This document shows positions 53,151 to 62,454 of a stretch of 64,000 bases of DNA, piece by piece. A program made the translations under genes and the position numbers. The notes beneath the pieces are model-generated. The model was given only the letters and a program-made list of their open reading frames with translations, was not told the DNA's origin and made no database searches. Numbering within the stretch: the stretch's first letter is position 1; each line of letters starts with the position of its first letter. Source of the DNA: Pelagomonas calceolata (lineage: Eukaryota); NCBI GenBank assembly GCA_918797485.1, contig CAKKNE010000005.1:1798001-1862000 (forward strand), in the 5' to 3' direction.

Positions 53151-54809
53151 TCAGGCGTCCTCGACGAGCCGCACCGCCCCGCCCCCGAGCTCGACGCCGT
53201 GCAGCTTCACGCCCAGGTCGCGCTCGAGCGCGTCGAGGACCCGGTCCTGGGCCGCGTCGCCCGCGACCGAGAGGACGTAGGCCGGCGTGGCCGGCGCGCG
53301 GCCCGCGCGGCCCGCGCGGTGCGCGTAGTGCGACGCCGACGAGGGCGCGCTCAGGTAGTTGACGACGTGCGTCACGCGCGGGCAGTCCAGGCCGCGCGCG
53401 GCGCCCTCGGTCGCGACGACGACCGCGGGCGCGGCGCCCTCGTTCAGGTGGCGCACGGCGGCCGCGCGCGCCGTCGAGTGCGCGTCGCCGACGAGCGGGC
53501 GCGCGTCGAGGCCCGCGGCCGCGAGCCGCGTCGCGACGGCCTCGGCGGCCGCCGCGTCCTCGACGAAGACGAGCGCCGCCTCGCAGGCCGGGGCCGCGGC
53601 CCGCAGCACGCGCCGCAGCGCGTCGAGCGGCGCCTTCGCGCGGAGGCGCCCGTGGCGCGCCTTGGCCGCGAGCGCCCCGGACGCGACGCCCGCGCGCCCC
53701 GCCGCCGTCGCGTCGACGCGCAGCGCCGCCCGGGCCCGCCTCGCGGTCTCCCCCTCGTCCCCGAGGAGCGCGGCGCCCGTCGCCGACGCGAAGACGACGC
53801 CGCACGACCGCGGGAGCGCCCCGAGCAGCGCCTCGACGTCCTCGCCGAACGGCGGGCGCAGCGCGTGGTCGCACTCGTCGACGACGCACCACCGGAGCTT
53901 GCCCAGCTTCAGGGGCCGGCTCCCCTCGAAGGCGAGCTCCGCGAGGCGGCCGGGCGTGCCCACGACCAGCGCCGGCTTCGCCTTCCGCAGCGCCTCGGCC
54001 TGCCGCTTCCGGTTCGCGCCGCCGACGACCGCAGTCGAGGACACGTCGGGGAAGTGCCGCCTCGCGACGCGGTCGATCTGGACCGCCAGCTCGCGGCCCG
54101 GCGCGACCACCAGCACCCCGCCCGGGCCGTCGGCGTCCGCGAGCGTTCGCAAGAGGTACGCGAGCGTCTTGCCGCTGCCCGTCGGCGCGGCCAGCAGGAC
54201 GTCGCGCGGCGCGGCGCCGTCCGCCAGCGCCGCGCCCAGCGCGCTCTGCGCGGCCGTCGGCCGCTCGAAGCCGTCGGCGACGAGCCGCCGCGCGGCCGCC
54301 GCGCCGAGGAAGTCCGACCACGCCGCGCGCGACGGCGGCTCCCCTTCCGCGAAGGCCGGCGGCGCGTCGGCGAGCGTCTTCGCCGCGGGGCGCGTCTTGG
54401 CCGGCGCCGCGGGCTTTTTGGGCGCCGCCGCGCGGCCCTCCCCGCGCGGCGCCGGCGCCGGCGGCGCGGGCGCGGCCGCCGGCGGCCGCCGCAGCAGGAA
54501 GCCGCCGGCGGGCTCGACCTTCGCCTCCTTCTTCCAGCCGCCGAACGCCCCGGCCGGCGTCTCCTCCTTTTCCACGACCACCTCTTCGTCCCTCGGGGGT
54601 TCCTTGGCCCAGGCCGCGAACTTCGCCGCGAGCCGCGCCTCGCGCGCGTCGATGGACTCGTCCTCTGGGACCGACGACGGGACGTTGACGTTGCCGCGCC
54701 GCTGCGCCCGGCTCCGGCCCTTGGACTTGCCGCGCGGCGGCCGCGGCGGCGGGCGCGCGGAGCCGGAGAGCGCGGCCGCGGTGGCGACGACGCATAGCAG
54801 CGCACGCAT
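53151..54809 (-). CDS. DEAD-box RNA helicase, probably plastid-targeted
   Basis: PTAAQ, APTGSGKT, PGRELAVQ, GTPGR, DECD, SAT, ARGLD, HRAGRAGR. Confidence 0.93.
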   Translation of the reverse strand: MRALLCVVATAAALSGSARPPPRPPRGKSKGRSRAQRRGNVNVPSSVPEDESIDAREARLAAKFAAWAKEPPRDEEVVVEKEETPAGAFGGWKKEAKVEPAGGFLLRRPPAAAPAPPAPAPRGEGRAAAPKKPAAPAKTRPAAKTLADAPPAFAEGEPPSRAAWSDFLGAAAARRLVADGFERPTAAQSALGAALADGAAPRDVLLAAPTGSGKTLAYLLRTLADADGPGGVLVVAPGRELAVQIDRVARRHFPDVSSTAVVGGANRKRQAEALRKAKPALVVGTPGRLAELAFEGSRPLKLGKLRWCVVDECDHALRPPFGEDVEALLGALPRSCGVVFASATGAALLGDEGETARRARAALRVDATAAGRAGVASGALAAKARHGRLRAKAPLDALRRVLRAAAPACEAALVFVEDAAAAEAVATRLAAAGLDARPLVGDAHSTARAAAVRHLNEGAAPAVVVATEGAARGLDCPRVTHVVNYLSAPSSASHYAHRAGRAGRAPATPAYVLSVAGDAAQDRVLDALERDLGVKLHGVELGGGAVRLVEDA

Positions 54810-55114
54810 GGTCCGTTCTCGTACGCGAGCGACGGCTAATACACCAGTGCTAGCTGAAGGCTGAAGCCCTTGTTTCCTGTTGTCCTGCAGGCTGCGCTCC
54901 CCGCCGGCAACACAGGCAAACAGACTGCTGGCAAGTCCGATGCTCCTGTGCGATAAAAAGCTGGCCGAGAGCTCCGTGGTTGCTCACAAGCTACCCCCCG
55001 CTTTGCATCGCGTCGGTGAGCCGCATCGGTCGTAACTCCACCGCTGCTGAACACGCGGCGTTTTGGTGGTGCACCGGCGAGAGAGCACTCAACAAAAGGA
55101 GAGCAGCTTGCACC

Positions 55115-56560
55115 ATGCCGAAGAAGTCGAAGAAGAAGGGCAAGCGCCCATCAACCAGCGGCGACGCCCCGGCCAAGCGCGGGAGCGCCGCGCCGCCGCC
55201 GCCGCCGCCCGCCGCCCCCGACGACGGCCCGGTCTTCGACGACGCGTTCGAGGACGAGTACATGGAGGAGGACGTGGTCGTCGGCGACGAGGGCGAGGGC
55301 GAGGAGCACGCGCGGCGCCTCATCGAGGCCGACATGGAGGCGGAGACCCTATCCAATACCCGGGTCCAGGACCCGCGGCGGAACGCAAAGGGCGGCGAGC
55401 TGGACTTCGACCCGCGCGCCTACCGCATGCTCCACCGCCTCGGGAGCGACTGGCCCTGCCTGTCCTTCGACTTCGTGCGCGACGCCGGCGGCGGCGGCCG
55501 GACGCGGTTCCCGCACGCGCTGCTCGCGGCGTGCGGCACGCAGGCCGTCGGCGACGCGAACCGGCTCACGCTGCTGAAGCTGGAGGGCCTGGGGCGCCTG
55601 GAGCAGGACTCCGACGAGGACGAGTCCGACGACGACGGCGACGACGACGACGACCGGCACGCGGACGCGACGGCCGACCACGTCGCCTTCGGGCACCCGG
55701 GCGGCGTCAACCGCGTGGCGGCCTGCGAGCGGGCGCCGGGGCTCGTGGCGACGTGGTCCGACCGCGGCGCCGTGCTGGTCTGGGACGCGCGGCCCGAGTG
55801 CGAGCGGCTCTGCGCGGCCGGCCCGCGGCCCGCGGGGGTCATACAGCGGGGCCCGCTCGCGGTCGCGCAGCGGCCCGCGGAGGGCTTCGGCCTGCAGTGG
55901 CGCGACGACGCCTGCCTCGCTTGCGGCGCGAACGACGGCAGCGTGTCCGCGCTGCGCCTGGACCCGAGCGGCGCGTGCGCCGTCGACGTCGAGTGGGCGC
56001 CGGCGCCGGGCGCCGTCGAGGACGTCGCCTGGTCGCCCACGGAGGCCACGGTCCTCATGACCTGCGGGAGCGCCGCGGGCGCGCTCCGCGTGCTCGACGC
56101 GCGGACGGCGTCCAGGGCCATGCTGACCCGCGCGGACGCGCACGGCGCCGCGGACGTCAACGCGCTGAGCTGGAACCGGAGCGTGGCCTACCTCGTCGCG
56201 ACGGCGGGCGACGACGGCTGCGCGCGCGTCTGGGACCTCCGGCGCTTCGGCGCGGCCTGCGAGCCCGTCGGCCGCTTCGACTACCACGCCGGCTCGCACC
56301 TCGCCGCCGTCGAGTGGGACCCGCACGACGAGTCGTCGCTCTGCACCTGCGCGGGCGGCGCCGTCGAGGCCGTGAGCCTCTGGGACCTGAGCGTCGAGGA
56401 CGACGGCCAGGACGCCGGCGCGCCGGACGTGCCGCCCCAGCTCCTCTTCGTCCACCAGGGCATGGACGACCCCAAGGAGGCCAAGTACCACCCGCAGATC
56501 CCCGGCCTCGTCATGACGACGGCCGCGGACGGCTTCAGCGTCTTCATGCCGAACATATAA
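55115..56560 (+). CDS. GRWD1: Glutamate-rich WD40 protein GRWD1/Rrb1 (ribosome biogenesis)
   Basis: FDPRAYRMLH..WPCLSFD, GTQA, VEDVAWSPTE, DVNALSWN, VPPQLLFVHQG, HPQIPG. Confidence 0.93.
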   Translation: MPKKSKKKGKRPSTSGDAPAKRGSAAPPPPPPAAPDDGPVFDDAFEDEYMEEDVVVGDEGEGEEHARRLIEADMEAETLSNTRVQDPRRNAKGGELDFDPRAYRMLHRLGSDWPCLSFDFVRDAGGGGRTRFPHALLAACGTQAVGDANRLTLLKLEGLGRLEQDSDEDESDDDGDDDDDRHADATADHVAFGHPGGVNRVAACERAPGLVATWSDRGAVLVWDARPECERLCAAGPRPAGVIQRGPLAVAQRPAEGFGLQWRDDACLACGANDGSVSALRLDPSGACAVDVEWAPAPGAVEDVAWSPTEATVLMTCGSAAGALRVLDARTASRAMLTRADAHGAADVNALSWNRSVAYLVATAGDDGCARVWDLRRFGAACEPVGRFDYHAGSHLAAVEWDPHDESSLCTCAGGAVEAVSLWDLSVEDDGQDAGAPDVPPQLLFVHQGMDDPKEAKYHPQIPGLVMTTAADGFSVFMPNI

Positions 56561-56575
56561 GTACAACAAACTAAT

Positions 56576-56938
56576 CTAATGGCCCCCGCCGCCGCTCCGC
56601 GGCGCGGCGAACGGGTTCCAGCCCCGCCGCGCGCCGAGGTGCGTCCCCGCGACGAAGCCCTCGCGCTCGCGGTCGCCCTCGGTGACCACGCGCGCGTTCG
56701 GCGCCGGCGCGGCGCCGAACCCGATGTTCTCCATGGCGTCGCGCGCCATCAGGTTCTTGTCCATGCGGCACGCGAGGTAGCGCTCGCTCAGCGCGCGGCA
56801 CGCGACGTGCTCGTTGCCCTCGGCCTTCAGGCAGGCGAGGAACTCGTCCCTCAGCGGCGTGCAGGCCCGGTCGTGGTCGAGCGGGAACGAGCCGCGCTCG
56901 GGCGGCTGGTTCTGGAAGCGCGAGGCGCTGAAGTTCAT
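56576..56938 (-). CDS. COX19: Cytochrome c oxidase assembly protein COX19
   Basis: PPERGSFPLDH plus twin Cx9C and CRMDKNLM. Confidence 0.93.
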   Translation of the reverse strand: MNFSASRFQNQPPERGSFPLDHDRACTPLRDEFLACLKAEGNEHVACRALSERYLACRMDKNLMARDAMENIGFGAAPAPNARVVTEGDREREGFVAGTHLGARRGWNPFAAPRSGGGGH

Positions 56939-57057
56939 TCTTTGCGCTGCTCCGCAGCGATGCAGCGATGGAATACGCGCGGAATAATTCTTGCTGCTGC
57001 ACGGCGCTTGTGTCCAAGCTTGTGAGGCAAGACACTAGCGAGGTAAGACACTAGCAA

Positions 57058-57171
57058 GCGTGCGAGTCCCTGCGACTCAGCCCTTGCGTCCTAGTCCAGC
57101 CGGACGGGTGGGCCCTGGGGGAGCGGGAGGGGTACGGGGGACCCTGCGACGTAACTAGCCTGAGCCTGAGC
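57058..57171 (+). repeat. Dispersed repeat copy B
   Basis: GCGTGCGAGTCCCTGCGACTCAGCCCTTGCGTCCTAGTCC...GTAACTAGCCTGAGCCTGAGC. Confidence 0.85.
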
Positions 57172-57315
57172 GACAAGGTCTCTTCCGGCGGCGCCCCTAT
57201 TGGCTAGTTTTCATCGCTTAAACGTTCGAGCGACGCGTTTCCCAGGCGCGTGGCGAGCGTCTCTCTCTTTTGGGGATGGGGGACGACGCGGCACAGCCTT
57301 CGCGCCGGGAGCTCC

Positions 57316-58383
57316 TCACGTCAGATCGACGACCTTCGGCTTCTTGGAGTTCAAATTCGCGAAGAAGGTTCGCGAAGTAGCATCTCTAGTATCAATAATG
57401 TTGTGTGGGCCGAAAAGTCTTTTTTTGAGACAATCATCTAACTCCAGCCGCACTTCGGCTGGAAAAGGCTCGACAAGCCCGTCGCTTTCCTTCTTTTTGC
57501 CTATGCACTCTCTAGTAACGTCCTCACACACCTCGCAGTCGCCGGCCTGGAAGAACTCGCACCTAATATTTGGCCCGTGGAGACGCCCTTCGTAACCGTT
57601 CGGGCGCTGTAGAGGGTAGTAGGCGCCTGCCAGCAGTTGTCTTTGGCTAGGTCCTCTTCTCTTATGAAAATAGGTTTTAACTTGAGCAAAGGTACATTTG
57701 AGACTTTCGGCGAGGGCCTCGGCTCGCGAATCACTTAAAATGGGCGACTCTTGAAACGCATCTTCGAGGGCCGCCTCTTGGATGGCATTCAATGTCTCTG
57801 GCCTAATTGTTTGTTTTTCCTCCTCTTCTCTTCTTCTCGCAAACCAATGTTGTACTTGGCTCGGCGTCAAACCAGTCTCTTTCCCCAGGTCTTTCGCCCG
57901 TTGTTCAGATAAGACCGTCGACTCGTTGAACGCCTTAATGAGGACCTGCTCTACAGGTTCGCGGCTTTTTTTGGTGGAGTAGCTCCTTTTCTGGTAACTA
58001 GGATCTACTTCTCTCAGCCTAGCAAAGTATCTAGTCACTTGATTCTTTTCTATGGTGTGCTTCTCGGCTAGGGTCTCCGCGCGTTGACTAGTTAATATCT
58101 TGTCCTGGTAATATTCGGTGGCGAGGGCCTGCCGCTTCGTGAGGTCGAGTGGTCTATACTCCGGCAGGGGAGCAGCCTTCTTCTTGGGAGCCACTTCGAA
58201 GCTAGACGGCTCCGGCGCCGGCTTCGGCGCCGGCTTCTGCGCCGGCTTCGGCGCAGGCTTCAGCGCGGGCGCGGCGTCGTGCGACGGATCCGACGAAATC
58301 TTGGGCGGGCACTTCGTGTCCTCGTCGGACTTCTTTTGGAAGCAGTCCGTGATTCTTTTTTGGCCATCGTGGATCTCGGCCAT
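57316..58383 (-). CDS. Protein with three tandem homeodomain-like repeats; low-GC coding sequence
   Basis: LAEKHTIEKNQVTRYFARLR; LGKETGLTPSQVQHWFARRR; LAESLKCTFAQVKTYFHKRR; TATATAA about 40 nt upstream of ATG. Confidence 0.8.
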   Translation of the reverse strand: MAEIHDGQKRITDCFQKKSDEDTKCPPKISSDPSHDAAPALKPAPKPAQKPAPKPAPEPSSFEVAPKKKAAPLPEYRPLDLTKRQALATEYYQDKILTSQRAETLAEKHTIEKNQVTRYFARLREVDPSYQKRSYSTKKSREPVEQVLIKAFNESTVLSEQRAKDLGKETGLTPSQVQHWFARRREEEEKQTIRPETLNAIQEAALEDAFQESPILSDSRAEALAESLKCTFAQVKTYFHKRRGPSQRQLLAGAYYPLQRPNGYEGRLHGPNIRCEFFQAGDCEVCEDVTRECIGKKKESDGLVEPFPAEVRLELDDCLKKRLFGPHNIIDTRDATSRTFFANLNSKKPKVVDLT

Positions 58384-59445
58384 CGTCTAGGCTCCCTGTG
58401 GGGGTAGCCATGCTTGGTTTATATACTGCGGTCCGCGTCGCAAAAAAAAAGCGGCGCGTTGGCGTGTGCGCAGCGTTGTGCCTCTGGCGCGCGGCCGGGC
58501 CGCGGCAGGGGCGACGGCCGCCGCCGCGGCCCTGTAGGACCGCGGCCAAGGGCCGCTTAAAAAGGACTTGATAGTAGAGAACCCGAACTCACCCTAGGGG
58601 GTCCGAGCCTCAATCTACCAGACCGCGCGAGCGCGCGATACGGTAGGGAAGTGTCTTCCGGAAGCAGAGCTAGCTAGCGTTGAGATGTTACTGCTGCTCC
58701 ACACGAAAGGTGACGATTGGGACGCGGGGGAAGAAACCTGCAGCGGGGCAGCGGACGTCGGCGCGCGCGTGTGTGTGTGTGGAGCAGCAGCAGAGCACCT
58801 CGAGCTGGAACGGCGCTATAGAACCCGCACGTTGTGTGAAATCTCTCAATGATCGAAGGCAAGAGCAGGTGGAGCTGAACGGCCGGCGGGAGCGTGTAGA
58901 GGAATACAACCCGCGGCGGCGAGGTGCAATGGACCCGGACGCAATGCGTTCTCCGGGACCTCGTGAAGATCACAAGACCGAAGTGCGCGTTCCGCGGGAC
59001 CCCTCGTCGGGGAATAAAGAGTGAACCGACCGGCAATGAATGAAAGTATGTCCGTCGCGTCTCCGCTCGTCTCAGCGTCTCCCGCTTGCGCTTCCTTAGC
59101 GTTGCTAGCGGTAACAAAAACACTAGGGTGTGTGAGGGGTTGACTGCGGACGCTGGCTAGGCACGGTGCAGCAAAGCCTCACCGCGCAGTGCGGTGCTCT
59201 GGCTGCTGTAAAATCAAACCGAAGGGCCACCGTAGTTTTGACTCTAGTGTGAAAAAAACTAGACTGACCTTTCATCGCGACCTACATGCGCCACCTAAGA
59301 GCGAGGAACGAGTACTGCGCATCTCCTCGGAGTTCATGCGCCGCGCCGGCATGGCCGCGCACGCCCTCGTATTCGGTCGCGCCGCGCATGACCGTCCACG
59401 CCCACGTCCTACCGAGAAGGGACGGGCTAATTCATAGACACTAGC

Positions 59446-62211
59446 CTAGATATCCGCCGCCACGAGCGCGAGCAGCTTGTCCACGCCGATGGTCGTCCAG
59501 AATTTCTGCCACCAGTTGTCGACGTCGCGGAAGTCGGCCGGCGCGTGCTCGACGACGTGCATCTGGTCCGGCCGCGCGCCGTAGGGCGCCATGCCCGCCT
59601 TGGCGGCCCGGTCGAAGAAGCCCTGGAGCCGCGCCGGGCTGATCTCGCGGTCGCGCGACAGGAAGTTAATGCCCTCGAAGACGCGCACGCCGCCGCTCTC
59701 GAGGCACTGGAACTGGATCGCGTCCTGGTAGTTGCCCTGGGCGTCCTTCGTCACGTCCACGATGAAGTTCGGGAAGACGTTCCCGAAGCCCGACTCGAGG
59801 AGCTCGCCGGGCTTGGCCGGGTCGAGGGACCCGTAGAGGGGGTAGTGCGCGCCGTTCGCCACGGGCGAGCCGCGCCAGGACCGCGGCGCCGCGCGGGGCG
59901 ACGGCCCCCGCACCGCGAAGTCGTCGACCCACGTCCGCCCGTCCGCCGCGAGGTCGATGTCGAGCGTCGTGTCGTAGACCTCGGCGAACTGCGTCCAGTC
60001 GTGGTAGGCGTGCTCGTACCACCGGCCCTTGTACTTGGTCACGTCGAAACCGTTCATCGACGGCTGCTTCACCTGGCCGTAGGACGGGCAGCCCCGGAGG
60101 TCGCCCTGGACGACTTTGCCGGCGACGGGCGCGTCGTCGAGACTCAGGTTGAGCGACCCGTTGTCGCCGCTCGTGCCGGCCAGGCCGCTCGACACGGTCC
60201 CAAAGAAGGCCAGGGACGCCACGAAGCCCGCGGCGGACCGCAGCAGCGCGTTCGACGCGAGCGCGGCGCTCGCCGCGACGCTCGCGGCGAGGAAGCCGAG
60301 CGGCGGCCCGGCGGCGTCCTGCGCCGCCTCGCTGAGGGCGCTGTAGCCGGGGAAGCCCCACATGACCTCGCCCAGGCCGACGCCCGCGCCGCCGATGAGC
60401 GGGTGCATCGTCGCGAAGAAGAGCCAGAAGCCGTAGGGCGCGAGCAGGTCGCCGCCGTTCGCGGCCGACCGCGCCACGCCCTGCAGGAAGTCGAGCACGG
60501 CCGGCGCGTGCGCGCCGAGGCCCAGCGCCGCGCCCAGCCCGAACGCAATCAACCCATTCTCGTAGACGGGTTCCGCGGGCGCGTCGTCCGCCGCTCGCAG
60601 GACCAAGGTGTTCGCCTCTTCCTCGACGGATGAGGCGGCGTTCGTCGCCTCGGCCACGAAGAGCGTCGCGAAGGCCTCGCACTGCTCCCGCGTGACGAGC
60701 GGGGCCGGCGCGTTGACCGAGACGCAGAGCTTGCCCTGGACGGTCACGCACGACGCCTGGAAGGACGCGCCCGCGCTCGTCGTGCTCGTCGCGTAGTACA
60801 TCTCCGCCGCGCCGCTCCCCCTGTAGAGCCCGGCGTTGGACACGCCGCAGCAGTAGGCCCGGCCCAGCGTGAAGGGGTTGTCGCTCTCCAGCTCGACGAG
60901 CCGCGTCATCTCCATGGCGTCGACGGCCCAGTCGAAGACGCGGACGCTCTGCTCGCCGAAGTTCCGCCCTTCAAACGTCTGGAGCTGCGCGCCCGCCTCG
61001 CGGGACATGTCCCAGAGGCCGTCCGCCGGCTTCAGGAACAGGTCCATGGAGCCCGCGCGGCACGCGAGCCGGTCCGTCGCCTTGTCCTTGCCGAAGCGCC
61101 TCATGTCTAGGGACTGCAGCACCTTGACCGGGACCTCGTCGTCCTCCGACAGCGCCGCGAAGGCCCGGGCCGCGCAGGCCGCGAGCGCCGAGCCGACGGT
61201 CGTGCCGCGGGCGCGGCACGTCGCGCGGAGCTGCGCGAGCGTCTCCGCGCTCATCGTCCGGAAGGCCACGAGCGGCGTCCTCTTGGCCGCGTGCAGGGAC
61301 GCGTCGCCCCACCGGTCCTCGGGCAGGTGCGGCGACGCCGCGAGCGGGTCCTGGCACGCCGGCTCCGTGGCCTTCGCGATGAGGTAGGGGAGGCTCCCCT
61401 TGTCCACGCCCAGCAGCCCCTTCCCGCCCAGCTCGTCGCTCACGAAGCCGCGGCTCCGCCCGTCGCGGCCCAGGATCTCGTCCTCGAGCGACGGCGGCGT
61501 CTCCAGCGCCGCCAGGTCCTCCGCCGCCACGACAGGCGGGGCCTCCCTGCAGCTTTTCAGCACGTCGTCCACGAGGCCCATCGCCGACGGCTGGTCCGAG
61601 ACGCAGTGGTCGAAGCAGAGCAGGAGCGTCGCGCCGCCCTCGTCGAGGCACGCCCGCCAGAGCGGGCCCGCCCCGAGCTCAAAATCAAACGTCCCGGGGC
61701 CCGCCCGGAAGGCGCCTTCCCCGCACCCGCCGCTCAGCGCCGCCGTGAACGCCTCCTGCCAGTCGGCCACGCGCGGCTCGAGGGCCTCCTCGACGACGCT
61801 CGCCGGCGTCGCCCCGTCCATGGGCACGAAGGCGAACTCCGACGGGCCGATCCGCATGTTGTCGTCGCCGAACGGCGCGAGGACGTTCCGCCAGACCGGG
61901 AAGGCGCCGACCGGCGCGCCGAGCGGGCCGCGCTTCGCCGGCGCGCCGCTGCCGGCGACGCGCCGCGAGAGGAGCGCGTGCTTCGCGACGGCGTGCTCCA
62001 GGCCCGCCCGCAGCTCGCCGTCCGACAGGGGCCGCTCGAGCCGGACGGCGACGACGTGCGCCGTCGGCGGCAGCGCGCAGGACGCGAGCGACCGCCGCGG
62101 CGCGAAGAGACATTCCATGCCGCCCAGCGGCCGCGGCGCGGCGCCCCCCATCCGCGGCGCGAGCCGGAGGGCAAGGGCGGCAGGCAGCAGCAGGACGGTC
62201 AGGCGTGCCAT
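59446..62211 (-). CDS. Fusion: CoA-dependent acyltransferase (condensation/alcohol acetyltransferase/PapA5-like, HxxxD) + TM segments + lipocalin domain; signal/transit leader
   Basis: AVAKHALL, GPLWRA, FDHCVSDQPS, CRARGTTVGSALAA, LDMRRF, VSNAG; then hydrophobic helices; then GCPSY..FDVTKYKGRWYE lipocalin motif. Single 921-aa ORF. Confidence 0.8.
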   Translation of the reverse strand: MARLTVLLLPAALALRLAPRMGGAAPRPLGGMECLFAPRRSLASCALPPTAHVVAVRLERPLSDGELRAGLEHAVAKHALLSRRVAGSGAPAKRGPLGAPVGAFPVWRNVLAPFGDDNMRIGPSEFAFVPMDGATPASVVEEALEPRVADWQEAFTAALSGGCGEGAFRAGPGTFDFELGAGPLWRACLDEGGATLLLCFDHCVSDQPSAMGLVDDVLKSCREAPPVVAAEDLAALETPPSLEDEILGRDGRSRGFVSDELGGKGLLGVDKGSLPYLIAKATEPACQDPLAASPHLPEDRWGDASLHAAKRTPLVAFRTMSAETLAQLRATCRARGTTVGSALAACAARAFAALSEDDEVPVKVLQSLDMRRFGKDKATDRLACRAGSMDLFLKPADGLWDMSREAGAQLQTFEGRNFGEQSVRVFDWAVDAMEMTRLVELESDNPFTLGRAYCCGVSNAGLYRGSGAAEMYYATSTTSAGASFQASCVTVQGKLCVSVNAPAPLVTREQCEAFATLFVAEATNAASSVEEEANTLVLRAADDAPAEPVYENGLIAFGLGAALGLGAHAPAVLDFLQGVARSAANGGDLLAPYGFWLFFATMHPLIGGAGVGLGEVMWGFPGYSALSEAAQDAAGPPLGFLAASVAASAALASNALLRSAAGFVASLAFFGTVSSGLAGTSGDNGSLNLSLDDAPVAGKVVQGDLRGCPSYGQVKQPSMNGFDVTKYKGRWYEHAYHDWTQFAEVYDTTLDIDLAADGRTWVDDFAVRGPSPRAAPRSWRGSPVANGAHYPLYGSLDPAKPGELLESGFGNVFPNFIVDVTKDAQGNYQDAIQFQCLESGGVRVFEGINFLSRDREISPARLQGFFDRAAKAGMAPYGARPDQMHVVEHAPADFRDVDNWWQKFWTTIGVDKLLALVAADI

Positions 62212-62454
62212 GATGTTAAGACGATTACAGCTTATGGCCCGTCGATTACAGCTTATGGCCCGTCATGCAAGACCTTTCCTAGCACAAGGAGTGCAGAGGG
62301 ACCAAACAGTGCAGGGGAGACCGAAGGCGATCTTCAGGTTGGTGAGCCTAGTGTCTCACAGGCCGCTAGCAATCTCTATGGAAGCGAGTGCCCCACACGC
62401 CACTGGGGAGAAGAAGCTACTAAATAAGGCAGACGTTTAGGGGGGGGGGAACAA

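Noticed and set aside
35931..57171. Inverted copies A and B as TIRs of a 21-kb giant transposon
   Set aside because: The interval holds core housekeeping genes, a third copy lies inside, and no TSD or transposase was seen.
58680..59024. 114-aa ORF with N-terminal Cys residues
   Set aside because: Non-ATG start in the track, atypical codon usage and no recognisable motif.
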